Shown: positions 40,261-51,616 of the stretch, piece by piece
Numbering within the stretch: position 1 is the first letter of the stretch
Layout: each line of letters starts with the position of its first letter
Assembly: GCA_964016885.1 (NCBI GenBank)
Contig: OZ024751.1
Span: 2,046,001 to 2,110,000 of the forward strand
Direction of reading: 5' to 3'
Source: Eledone cirrhosa
Taxonomy: Eukaryota
Length of the DNA stretch: 64,000 nucleotides
Position numbers and translations under genes: made by a program
The notes under the pieces: generated by a model
The model's database searches: none
The model's input: the letters and a program-made list of their open reading frames with translations, nothing else
What the model was told of the DNA's origin: nothing

Positions 40261-43200
40261 GTGTTACTGTTGTTGGTGTTATTAGTGTTACTGTTGTTGG
40301 TGTTGGTGGTGTTACTGTTGTTGATGTTGTTGGTGTTACTGTTGTTGGTGTTGTTAGTGTTAATGTTGTTGGTGTTGTTTGTGTTACTGTTGTTGGTGTT
40401 GGTGGTGATACTGTTGTTGGTGTTGTTGGTGTTACTGTTGTTGGTGTTGTTGGTGTTACTGTTGTTGGTGTTGTTGGTGTTACTGTTGTTGGTGGTGTTG
40501 GTGTTACTGTTGTTGGTGTTGTTGGTGTTACTGTTGTTGGTGTTGGTGGTGTTACTGTTGTTGGTTTTGTTGGTGTTACTGTTGTTGGTGTTGTTGGTGT
40601 TACTGTTGTTGGTGTTGTTGGTGTTACTGTTGTTGGTGGTCTTGGCGTTACTGTTGTTGGTGTTGTTAGTGTTATTGTTGTTGGTGTTGTTAGTGTTACT
40701 GTTGTTGGTGTTGTTGGTGTTACTGTTGTTGGTGTTGTTGGTGTTACTGTTGTTGGTGTTGTTAGTGTTACTGTTGTTGGTGTTGTTGGTGTTACTGTTG
40801 TTGGTGTTGTTTGTGTTACTGTTGTTGGTGTTGGTGGTGTTACTGTTGTTGGTGTTACTGTTGTTGGTGTTGTTGGTGTTACTGCTTTGGTGTTGTTGGT
40901 GTTACTGTTGTTGGTGTTGTTGGTGTTACTGTTGTTGGTGTTGTTGGTGTTACTGTTGTTGGTTTTGTTGGTGTTACTGTTGTTGGTGTTGTTTGTGTTA
41001 CTGTTGTTGGTGTTGGTGGTGTTACTGTTGTTGGTGTTGTTGGTGTTACTGTTGTTGGTGTTGGTGGTGTTACTGTTGCTGGTGTTGTTGGTGTTACTGT
41101 TGTTGGTGTTGTTAGTGTTACTGTTGTTGGTGTTGTTGGTGTTACTGTTGTTGTGGTAATTAGTGTTACTGTTGTTGGTGTTGCTGGTGTTACTGTTGTT
41201 GGTGTTGTTGGTGTTACTGTTGTTGGTGTTGTTGGTGTTACTGTTGTTGGTGTTATTAGTGTTACTGTTGTTGGTGTTGTTGGTGTTACTGTTGTTGGTG
41301 TTGTTGGTGTTACTGTTGTTGTGGTAATTAGTGTTACTGTTGTTGGTGTTGGTGGTGTTACTGTTGTTGGTGTTGTTGGTGTTACTGTTGTTGGTGTTGT
41401 TGGTGTTACTGTTGTTGGTGTTGGTGGTGTTACTGTTGTTGGTGTTGTTGGTGTTACTGTTGTTGGTGTTGTTAGTGTTACTGTTGTTGGTTTTGTTGGT
41501 GTTACTGTTGTTGGTGTTATTAGTGTTACTGTTGTTGGTGTTGGTGGTGTTACTGTTGTTGATGTTGTTGGTGTTACTGTTGTTGGTGTTCTTGGTGTTA
41601 CTGTTGTTGGTGTTGTTAGTGTTACTGTTGTTGGTGTTGGTGGTGTTAGTGTTGTTGGTGTTCTTGGTGTTACTGTTGTTGGTGTTGGTGGTGTTACTGT
41701 TGTTGGTGTTGTCGGTGTTACTGTTGTTGGTGTTGATGGTGTTACTGTTGTTGGTGTTATTAGTGTTACTGTTGTTGGTGTTGGTGGTGTTACTGTTGTT
41801 GGTGTTGGTGTTACTGTTGTTGGTGTTGGTGGTGTTACCTTTGTTGGTGTTGTTGGTGTTACTGTTGTTGGTGTTGGTATTACTGTTGTTGGTGTTGGTG
41901 GTGTTACTGTTGTTGGTGTTGTTGGTGTTACTGTTGTTGGTGTTGGTGTTACTGTTGTTGGTGTTGTTGGTGATACTGTTGTTGGTGTTGTTGGTGTTAC
42001 TGTTGTTGGTGTTGTTGGTGTTACTGTTGTTGGTGTTGTTAGTGTTACTTTTGTTGGTGTTGTTGGTGTTACTGTTGTTGGTGTTGGTGTTATTGTTGTT
42101 GGTGTTGGTGGTGTTACTGTTGTTGGTGTTGTTGGTGTTACTGTTGTTGGTGTTGGTGTTACTGTTGTTGGTGTTGGTGGTGTTACTGTTGTTGGTGTTG
42201 TTGGTGTTACTGTTGTTGGTGTTGGTGTTACTGTTGTTGGTGTTGTTGGTGTTACTGTTGTTGGTGTTGTCGGTGTTACTGTTGTTGGTGTTGTTGGTGT
42301 TACTGTTGTTGGTGTTGGTGTTACTGTTGCTGGTGTTGGTGGTGTTACTGTTGTTGGTGTTGTTGGTGTTACTGTTGTTGGTGTTGTTGGTGTTACTGTT
42401 GTTGGTGTTGGTGTTACTGTTGTTGGTGTTGGCGGTGTTACTGTTGTTGGTGTTGTTGGTGTTACTGTTGTTGGTGTTGTTGTTACTGTTGTTGGTGTTG
42501 GTGGTGATACTGTTGTTGGTGTTGTTGGTGTTACTGTTGTTGGTGTTGTTGGTATTACTGTTGTTGGTGTTTGTGTTACTGTTGTTGGTGTTGGTGGTGT
42601 TACTCTTGTTGGTGTTGTTGGTGTTACTGTTGTTGGTGTTGTTGGTGTTACTGTTGTTGGTGTTGTTTTTGTTGGTGTTGGTGGTGTTACTGTTGTTGGA
42701 GTTGTTGGTGTTACTGTTGTTGGTGTTGTTGGTGTTACTGCTGTTGGTGTTGTTGGTGTTACTGTTGTTGGTGTTGTTGGTGTTACTGTTGTTGGTGTTG
42801 TTGGTGTTACTGTTGTTGGTGTTGGTGGTCTTACTGTTGTTGGTGTTGTCGGTGTTACTGTTGTTGGTGTTGTTTTTGTTGGTGTTGGTGGTGTTGGTGT
42901 TACTGTTGTTGGTGTTGTTGGTGTTACTGTTGTTGGTGTTGTTGGTGTTACTGTTGTTGGTGTTGTTGGTGTTACTGTTGTTGGTGTTGTTGGTGTTACT
43001 GTTGTTGGTGGTGTTGGTGTTACTGTTGTTGGTGTTGTTAGTGTTACTGTTGTTGGTGTTGTTGGTGTTACTGTTGTTGGTGTTGGTGGTGATACTGTTG
43101 TTGGTGTTGTTAGTGTTACTGTTGTTGGTGTTGTTGGTGTTACTGTTGTTGGTGTTGGTGGTGATACTGTTGTTGGTGTTTTTAGTGTTACTGTTGTTGG

Positions 43201-46200
43201 TGTTGTTTGTGTTACTGTTGTTGGTGTTGGTGGTGATACTGTTGTTGGTGTTGTTAGTGTTACTGTTGTTGGTGTTGTTGGTGTTACTGTTGTTGGTGTT
43301 GGTGGTGATACTGTTGTTGGTGTTGTTAGTGTTACTGTTGTTGGTGTTGTTGGTGTTACTGTTGTTGGTGTTGGTGGTGATACTGTTGTTGGTGTTGTTG
43401 GTGTTACTGTTGTTGGTGTTGTTGGTGTTACTGTTGTTGGTGTTGTTGGTTTTACTGTTGTTAGTGTTGTTGGTGTTACTGTTGTTGGTGTTGTTGGTTT
43501 TACTGTTGTTGGTGTTGTTGGTGTTACTGTTGTTGGTGTTGTTGGTTTTACTGTTGTTGGTGTTGTTGGTGTTACTGTTGTTGGTGTTGTTGGTTTTACT
43601 GTTGTTGGTGTTGTTGGTGTTACTGTTGTTGGTGTTGTTGGTGTTACTGTTGTTGGTGTTTTTGGTGTTACTGTTTTTGGTGTTGTTGGTGTTACGGCTG
43701 TTGGTGTTGTTGGTGTTACTTTTGTTGGTGTTGTTATTGTTACTGTTGTTGGTGTTGTTGGAGTTACTGTTGTTGGTGTTGTTAGTATTACTGTTGTTGG
43801 TGTTGTTGGTGTTACTGTTGTAGGTGTTGGTGGTCTTAGTGTTGTTGGTGTTGTTGGTATTACTGTTGTTGGTGTTGTTGGTGTTACTGTTGTTGGTGTT
43901 GTTGGTGTTACTGTTGTTGGTGTTGTTGGTTTTACTGTTGTTGGTGTTGTTGGTGTTACTGTTGTTGGTGTTGTTGGTGTTACTGTTGTTGGTGTTGTTG
44001 GTGTTACTGTTGTTGGTGTTGTTGGTGTTACTGTTGTTGGTGTTGTTGGTGTTACTGTTGTTGGTGTTGTTAGTGTTACTGTTGTTGGTGTTTTGTGTTT
44101 GTGTTACTGTTGTTGGTGTTGGTGTTTGTGTTACTGTTGTTGGTGTTGTTGGTGTTACTGTTGTTGGTGTTGTTGGTGTTACTGTTGTTGGTGTTGTTAG
44201 TATTACTGTTGTTGGTGTTGTTGGTGTTACTGTTGTTGGTGTTGTTAGTGTTACTGTTGTTGGTGTTGGTGTTGGTCTTACTGTTGTTGGTGTTGTTGGT
44301 GTTACTGTTGTTGGTGTTTTTGGTGTTACTGTTGTTGGTGTTACTGTTGTTGGTGTTGTTTTCGTTGGTGTTGGTGGTGTTGGTGTTACTGTTGTTGGTG
44401 TTGTTGGTGTTACTGTTGTTGGTGTTGGTGGTCTTACTGTTGTTGGTGTTGTTGGTATTACTGTTGTTGGTGTTGTTGGTGTTACTGTTGTTGGTGTTGT
44501 TAGTGTTACTGTTGTTGGTGTTGTTAGTGTTAATGTTGTTGGTTTTGTTGGTGTTACTGTTGTTGGTGTTGTTAGTGTTACTGTTGTTGGTGTCGTTAGT
44601 GTTACTGTTGTTGGTGTTGTTGGTGTTACTGTTGTTGTTGTTGTTGGTTTTACTGTTGTTGGTGTTGTTGGTGTTACTGTTGTTGGTGTTGTTGGTTTTA
44701 CTGTTGTTGGTGTTGTTGGTGTTACTGTTGTTGGTGTTGTTGGTGTTACTGTTGTTGGTGTTGTTAGTATTACTGTTGTTGGTGTTGGTGGTGTTACTGT
44801 TGTTGGTGTTGTTGGTGTTACTGTTGTTGGTGTTTTGGTGTTACTGTTGTTGGTGTTGGTGGTGTTACTGTTGTTGGTGTTGGTGGTGTTACTGTTGTTG
44901 GTGTTGGTGGTGTTACTGTTGTTGGTGTTGTTGGTGTTACTGTTGTTGGTGTTGTTGGTGTTACTGTTGTTGGTGTTGTTGGTGTTGTTAGTATCACTGT
45001 TGTTGGTATTGTTGGTGTTATTGTTGTAGGTGTTGTTGGTGTTACTGTTGTTGGTGTTGTTGGTGTTGTTAGTATTACTGTTGTTGGTGTTGGTGGTATT
45101 ACTGTTGTTGGTGTTGTTGGTGTTACTGTTGTTGATGTTGTTTGTATTACTGTTGTTGGTGTTGGTGGTGTTACTGTTGTTGGTGCTGTTGGTGTTACTG
45201 TTGTTGGTGTTCATGGTGTTACTGTTGTTGGTGTTGTTGGTGTTAGTGTTGTTGGTGTTGGTGGTGTTACTGTTGTTGGTGTTGTTGGTGTTACTGTTGT
45301 TGGTGTTGTTTGTGTTACTGTTGTTGGTGTTGTTGGTGTTACTGTTGTTGGTGTTGTTGGTGTTACTGTTGTTGGTGTTGTTGGTGTTACTGTTGTTGGT
45401 GTTGTTGGTGTTACTGTTGTTGGTGGTGTTGGTGTTACTGTTGTTGGTGTTGTTAGTGTTACTGTTGTTGGTGTTGTTGGTGTTACTGTTGTTGGTGTTA
45501 TTAGTGTTACTGTTGTTGGTGTTGTTAGTGTTACTGCTGTTGGTGTTGTTGGTGTTACTGTTGTTGGTGTTGTTGGTGTTAATGTTGTTGGTGTTGTTAG
45601 TGTTACTGTTGTTGGTGTTGTTGGTGTTACTGTTGTTGGTGTTGTTGGTGTTACTGTTGTTGGTGTTGTTGGTTTTACTGTTGTTGGTGTTGTTGGTGTT
45701 ACTGTTGTTGGTGTTGTTGGTTTTACTGTTGTTGGTGTTGTTGGTGTTACTGTTGTTGGTGTTGTTGGTTTTACTGTTGTTGGTGTTGTTGGTGTTACTG
45801 TTGTTGGTGTTGTTGGTTTTACTGTTGTTGGTGTTGTTGGTGTTACTGTTGTTGGTGTTGTTGGTGTTACTGTTGTTGGTGTTTTTGGTGTTACTGTTTC
45901 TGGTGTTGTTGGTGTTACGGCTGTTGGTGTTGTTGGTGTTACTTTTGTTGGTGTTGTTATTGTTACTGTTGTTGGTGTTGTTGGAGTTACTGTTGTTGGT
46001 GTTGTTAGTATTACTGTTGTTGGTGTTGTTGGTGTTACTGTTGTAGGTGTTGGTGGTCTTACTGTTGTTGGTGTTGTTGGTATTACTGTTGTTGGTGTTG
46101 TTGGTGTTACTGTTGTTGGTGTTGTTGGTGTTACTGTTGTTGGTGTTGTTGGTTTTACTGTTGTTGGTGTTGTTGGTGTTACTGTTGTTGGTGTTGTTGG

Positions 46201-49200
46201 TGTTACTGTTGTTGGTGTTGTTGGTGTTACTGTTGTTGGTGTTGTTGGTGTTACTGTTGTTGGTGTTGTTGGTGTTACTGTTGTTGGTGTTGTTAGTGTT
46301 ACTGTTGTTGGTGTTTTGTGTTTGTGTTACTGTTGTTGGTGTTGGTGGTGTTACTGTTGTTGGTGTTGGTGGTGTTACTGTTGTTGGTGTTGGTGGTGTT
46401 ACTGTTGTTGGTGTTGTTGGTGTTACTGTTGTTGGTGTTGTTGGTGTTACTGTTGTTGGTGTTGTTGGTGTTGTTAGTATTAATGTTGTTGGTATTGTTG
46501 GTGTTACTGTTGTAGGTGTTGTTGGTGTTACTGTTGTTGGTGTTGTTGGTGTTACTGTTGTTGGTGTTGTTAGTATTACTGTTGTTGGTGTTGGTGGTAT
46601 TACTGTTGTTGGTGTTGTTGGTGTTACTGTTGTTGGTGTTGTTAGTATCACTGTTGTTGGTGTTGGTGGTATTACTGTTGTTGGTGTTGTTGGTGTTACT
46701 GTTGTTGGTGTTGTTGGTGTTACTGTTGTTCGTGTTCATGGTGTTACTGTTGTTGGTGTTGTTGGTGTTAGTGTTGTTGGTGTTGGTGGTGTTACTGTTG
46801 TTGGTTTTGTTGGTGTTACTGTTGTTGGTGTTGTTTGTGTTACTGTTGTTGGTGTTGTTGGTGTTACTGTTGTTGGTGTTGTTGGTGTTACTGTTGTTGG
46901 TTTTGTTGGTGTTACTGTTGTTGGTGTTGTTGGTGTTACTGTTGTTGGTGGTGTTGGTGTTACTGTTGTTGGTGTTGTTAGTGTTACTGTTGTTGGTGTT
47001 GTTGGTGTTACTGTTGTTGGTGTTATTAGTGTTACTGTTGTTGGTGTTGTTAGTGTTACTGCTGTTGGTGTTGTTGGTGTTACTGTTGTTGGTGTTGTTG
47101 GTGTTAATGTTGTTGGTGTTGTTAGTGTTACTGTTGTTGGTGTTGTTGGTGTTACTGTTGTTGGTGTTATTAGTGTTACTGTTGTTGTTGTTGTTGGTGT
47201 TACTGTTGTTGGTGTTGTTGGTGTTACTGTTGTTGGTGTTGGTGTTACTGTTGTTGGTGTTGTTAGTGTTACTGTTGTTGGTGTTGTTGGTGTTACTGTT
47301 GTTGGTGTTGTTGGTGTTACTGTTGTTGGTGTTGGTGTTACTGTTGTTGGTGTTGTTGGTGTTACTGTTGTTGGTGTTATTAGTGTTACTGTTGTTGTTG
47401 TTGTTGGTGTTACTGTTGTTGGTGTTGTTGGTGTTACTGTTGTTGGTGTTGTTGGTGTTACTGTTGTTGGTGTAGTTGGTGTTACTGTTGATGGTGTTGT
47501 TGGTTTTACTGTTGTTGGTGTTGTTGGTGTTACTGTTGTTGGTGTTGTTGGTGTTAATGTTGTTGGTGTTGTTAGTATTACTGTTGTTGGTGTTGGTGGT
47601 GTTACTGTTGTTGGTGTTGTTGGTGTTACTGTTGTTGGTGTTTTGGTGTTACAGTTGTTGGTGTTGGTGGTGTTACTGTTGTTGGTGTTGGTGGTGTTAC
47701 TGTTGTTGGTGTTGGTGGTGTTACTGTTGTTGGTGTTGTTGGTGTTACTGTTGTTGGTGTTGTTGGTGTTACTGTTGTTGGTGTTGTTGCTGTTGTTAGT
47801 ATTAATGTTGTTGGTATTGTTGGTGTTACTGTTGTAGGTGTTGTTGGTGTTACTGTTGTTGGTGTTGTTGGTGTTACTGTTGTTGGTGTTGTTAGTATTA
47901 CTGTTGTTGGTGTTGGTGGTATTACTGTTGTTGGTGTTGTTGGTGTTACTGTTGTTGGTGTTGTTAGTATTACTGTTGTTGGTGTTGGTGGTATTACTGT
48001 TGTTGGTGTTGTTGGTGTTACTGTTGTTGGTGTTGTTGGTGTTACTGTTGTTGGTGTTCATGGTGTTACTGTTGTTGGTGTTGTTGGTGTTAGTGTTGTT
48101 GGTGTTGGTGGTGTTACTGTTGTTGGTGTTGTTGGTGTTACTGTTGTTGGTGTTGTTTGTGTTACTGTTGTTGGTGTTGTTGGTGTTACTGTTGTTGGTG
48201 TTGTTGGTGTTACTGTTGTTGGTTTTGTTGGTGTTACTGTTGTTGGTGTTGTTGGTGTTACTGTTGTTGGTGGTGTTGGTGTTACTGTTGTTGGTGTTGT
48301 TAGTGTTACTGTTGTTGGTGTTGTTGGTGTTACTGTTGTTGGTGTTATTAGTGTTACTGTTGTTGGTGTTGTTAGTGTTACTGCTGTTGGTGTTGTTGGT
48401 GTTACTGTTGTTGGTGTTGTTGGTGTTAATGTTGTTGGTGTTGTTAGTGTTACTGTTGTTGGTGTTGTTGGTGTTACTGTTGTTGGTGTTATTAGTGTTA
48501 CTGTTGTTGTTGTTGTTGGTGTTACTGTTGTTGGTGTTGTTGGTGTTACTGTTGTTGGTGTTGGTGTTACTGTTGTTGGTGTTGTTAGTGTTACTGTTGT
48601 TGGTGTTGTTGGTGTTACTGTTGTTGGTGTTGTTGGTGTTACTGTTGTTGGTGTTGGTGTTACTGTTGTTGGTGTTGTTGGTGTTACTGTTGTTGGTGTT
48701 ATTAGTGTTACTGTTGTTGTTGTTGTTGGTGTTACTGTTGTTGGTATTGTTGGTGTTACTGTTGTTGGTGTTGGTGTTGTTAGTGTTACTGTCGTTGGTG
48801 TTGGTGGTGTTACTGTTGTTGGTGTTGGTGGTGTTACTGTTGTTGGTGTTGTTGGTGTTACTGTTGTTGGTGTTATTAGTGTTACTGTTGTTGTTGTTGT
48901 TGGTGTTACTGTTGTTGGTATTGTTGGTGTTACTGTTGTTGGTGTTGGTGTTGTTAGTGTTACTGTCGTTGGTGTTGGTGGTGTTACTCTTGTTGGTGTT
49001 CTTGGTGTTACTGTTGTTGGTGTTGGTGGTGTTACTGTTGTTGGTGTTGTTGGTGTTACTGTTGTTGGTGTTGTTAGTGTTACTGTTGTTGGTGTTGTTA
49101 GTGTTACTGTTGTTGGTTTTGTTGGTGTTACTGTTGTTGGTGTTGTTGGTGTTGTTGGTGTCACTGTTGTTGGTGTTGCTGGTGTTACTGTTGTTGGTGT

Positions 49201-51333
49201 TGTTGGTGTTACTGTTGTCGGTTTTGTTGGTGTTACTGTTGTTGGTGTTGTTGGTGTTACTGTTGTTGGTGTTGTTGGTGTTACTGTTGTTGGTGTTGTT
49301 GGTTTTACTGTTGTTGGTGTTGTTGTTGTTACTGTTGTTGGTGTTGTTGGTGTTACTGTTGTTGGTGTTGTTGGTGTTACTGTTGTTGGTTTTGTTGGTG
49401 TTACTGTTGTTGGTGTTGTTAGTGTTACTGTTGTTGGTGTTGGTGTTGGTGTTACTGTTGTTGGTGTTGTTGGTGTTACTGTTGTTGGTGTTGTTGGTGT
49501 TACTGTTGTTGGTGTTGTTAGTATTACTGTTGTTGGTGTTGTTGGTGTTACTGTTGTTGGTGTTGTTAGTGTTACTGTTGTTGGTGTTGTTGGTGTTACT
49601 GTTGTTGGTGTTGTTAGTATTACTGTTGTTGGTGTTGTTGGTGTTACTGTTGTTGGTGTTTTTGGTGTTACTGTTGTTGGTGTTACTGTTGTTGGTGTTG
49701 TTTTCGTTGGTGTTGGTGGTGTTGGTGTTACTGTTGTTGGTGTTGTTGGTGTTACTGTTGTTGGTGTTGGTGGTCTTACTGTTGTTGGTGTTGTTGGTAT
49801 TACTGTTGTTGGTGTTGTTGGTGTTACTGTTGTTGGTGTTGTTGGTGTTACTGTTGTTGGTGTTGGTGGTGTTACTGTTGTTGGTGTTGGTGGTGTTACT
49901 GTTGTTGGTGTTGGTGGTGTTACTGTTGTTGGTGTTGTTGGTGTTGTTAGTATTACTGTTGTTGGTATTGTTGGTGTTACTGTTGTAGGTGTTGTTGGTG
50001 TTACTGTTGTTGGTGTTGTTGGTGTTACTGTTGTTGGTGTTGTTAGTATTACTGTTGTTGGTTGGTGGTATTACTGTTGTTGGTGTTGTTGGTGTTACTG
50101 TTGTTGGTGTTGTTAGTATTACTGTTGTTGGTGTTGGTGGTGTTACTGTTGTTGGTGTTGTTGGTGTTACTGTTGTTGGTGTTGTTGGTGTTACTGTTGT
50201 TGGTGTTCATGGTGTTACTGTTGTTGGTGTTGTTGGTGTTAGTGTTGTTGGTGTTGGTGGTGTTACTGTTGTTGGTGTTGTTGGTGTTACTGTTGTTGGT
50301 GTTGTTTGTGTTACTGTTGTTGGTGTTGTAGGTGTTACTGCTGTTGGTGTTGTTGGTGTTACTGTTGTTGGTGTTGTTGGTGTTACTGTTGTTGGTGTTG
50401 TTGGTGTTACTGTTGTTGGTGTTGTTGGTGTTACTGCTGTTGGTGTTGTTGGTGTTACTGTTGTTGGTGTTGTTGGTGTTACTGTTGTTGGTGTTGTTGG
50501 TGTTACTGTTGTTGGTGTTGTTGGTGTTACTGTTGTTGGTGTTGTTGGTGTTACTGTTGTTGGTGTTGTTGGTGTTACTGTTGTTGGTGTTGCTGGTGTT
50601 ACTGTTGTTGGTGTTGTTAGTGTTACTGTTGTTGGTTTTGTTGGTGTTACTGTTGTTGGTGTTGTTGGTGTTACTGTTGTTGGTGTTGTTGGTGTCACTG
50701 TTGTTGGTGTTGCTGGTGTTACTGTTGTTGGTGTTGTTGGTGTTACTGTTGTTGGTTTTGTTGGTGTTACTGTTGTTGGTGTTGTTGGTGTTACTGTTGT
50801 TGGTGTTGTTGGTGTTACTGTTGTTGGTGTTGTTGGTTTTACTGTTGTTGGTGTTGTTGGTGTTACTGTTGTTGGTGTTGTTGGTGTTACCGTTGTTGGT
50901 GTTGTTGGTGTTACTGTTGTTGGTGTTGTTGGTGTTACTGTTGATGGTGTTGTTGGTGTTACTGTTGTTGGTGTTGTTGGTGTTACTGTTGTTGGTGTTG
51001 TTGGTGTTACTGTTGTTGGTGTTGTTGGTGTTGTTGGTGTTACTGTTGTTGGTGTTGTTGGTGTTACTGTTGTTGGTGTTGTTGGTGTTACTGTTGTTGG
51101 TGTTGTTAGTGTTACTGTTGTTGGTGTTGTTGGTGTTACTGTTGTTGGTGTTGTTGGTGTTACTGTTGTTGGTGTTGTTGGTGTTACTGTTGTTGGTGTT
51201 GTTGGTGTTACTGTTGTTGGTGTTGTTGGTGTTACTGTTGTTGGTGTTGCTGGTGTTACTGTTGTTGGTGTTGTTGGTGTTACTGTTGTTGGTGGCGTTG
51301 GTGTTAATTCTGCTGCTGATGTTGCCGTTGTTG

Positions 51334-51411
51334 TTATTGTTGCTCAGTTATTAGATACAGCACAATTTTTAAGGCGAAGAAGAATAAACTTAACTTCAGC
51401 TTTCGGTTCAT
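51334..51411 (-). other. Signal-peptide-like short ORF MNRKLKLSLFFFALKIVLYLITEQQ* abutting the repeat array
   Basis: Manual translation of the reverse complement: basic n-region (NRKLK) and hydrophobic h-region (LSLFFFALKIVLYLI). Stops at TAA 51336-51334 because it enters the Gln/stop frame of the repeat. Too short for the supplied ORF track. Confidence 0.6.
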
Positions 51412-51464
51412 TGAAGCTTCTATAGACGAATGATGTGTGTTCTTATTAGCAGTTATTGATTGAA

Positions 51465-51478
51465 CTGTAGAGGAACAC
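51465..51478 (-). promoter_or_regulatory. Possible 3' splice acceptor (gtgttcctctacAG) 53 nt upstream of the ATG
   Basis: Short pyrimidine tract plus CAG on the minus strand; would define a 5'UTR intron. Motif-only evidence. Confidence 0.3.
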
Positions 51479-51616
51479 GTGTTAAGGTTAAAGTCGACAT
51501 TCTGACTGGAAGCTGTGAACTAGTTAGCCATACTTGGCACTCTCTCAAGTCACACAATCACAAGTCTCATGCTACATCCATTTATTTATTCATTAATTCA
51601 GTTTGGAGTTTTTTCG

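Larger units (their letters stand above)
1..51305. repeat. Giant 24-bp tandem repeat array (consensus GTTACTGTTGTTGGTGTTGTTGGT, GTT/GGT-triplet derived), at least 51.3 kb, truncated by the left window edge
   Basis: Directly visible period-24 repeat throughout, with occasional shorter or longer units; plus strand almost only G/T. Ends sharply at about 51305 where unique sequence begins. Confidence 0.99.
1..51411 (-). pseudogene. Putative giant mucin-like (PTS, TPTTPTTV repeat) secreted glycoprotein gene, disrupted by frameshifts and stops
   Basis: ATG at 51411, hydrophobic signal-like peptide, then (after a 1-nt shift) ATITTTATSAAELTPTPPTTV running into (TPTTPTTV)n. The Thr/Pro frame is open 51343-50210, then hits TGA at 50207-50209, with further stops and frameshifts downstream. 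The C-terminus is not in the window. Confidence 0.55.

Noticed and set aside
6184-50209. Recurrent in-frame TGA as selenocysteine or programmed readthrough
   Set aside because: The TGAs reduce to two mutations copied by duplication, the homologous site at 13099 is TAA, they replace Thr/Ser rather than Cys, and frameshifts break the frame anyway.
1-51305. Telomere-like G/T-rich array
   Set aside because: The G-rich strand runs 5'->3' toward the unique sequence rather than toward the open end, there are essentially no GGG runs, and kb-scale higher-order duplications are not expected from telomerase synthesis.
1-51305. CRISPR array
   Set aside because: No unique spacers, no cas genes, eukaryotic context.
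99-51425. Long plus-strand poly-Leu/Val, Val/Gly/Thr and Cys/Trp ORFs
   Set aside because: By-products of a G/T-rich triplet-based repeat that rarely forms stops; mostly non-ATG starts, no unique domains, implausibly hydrophobic.
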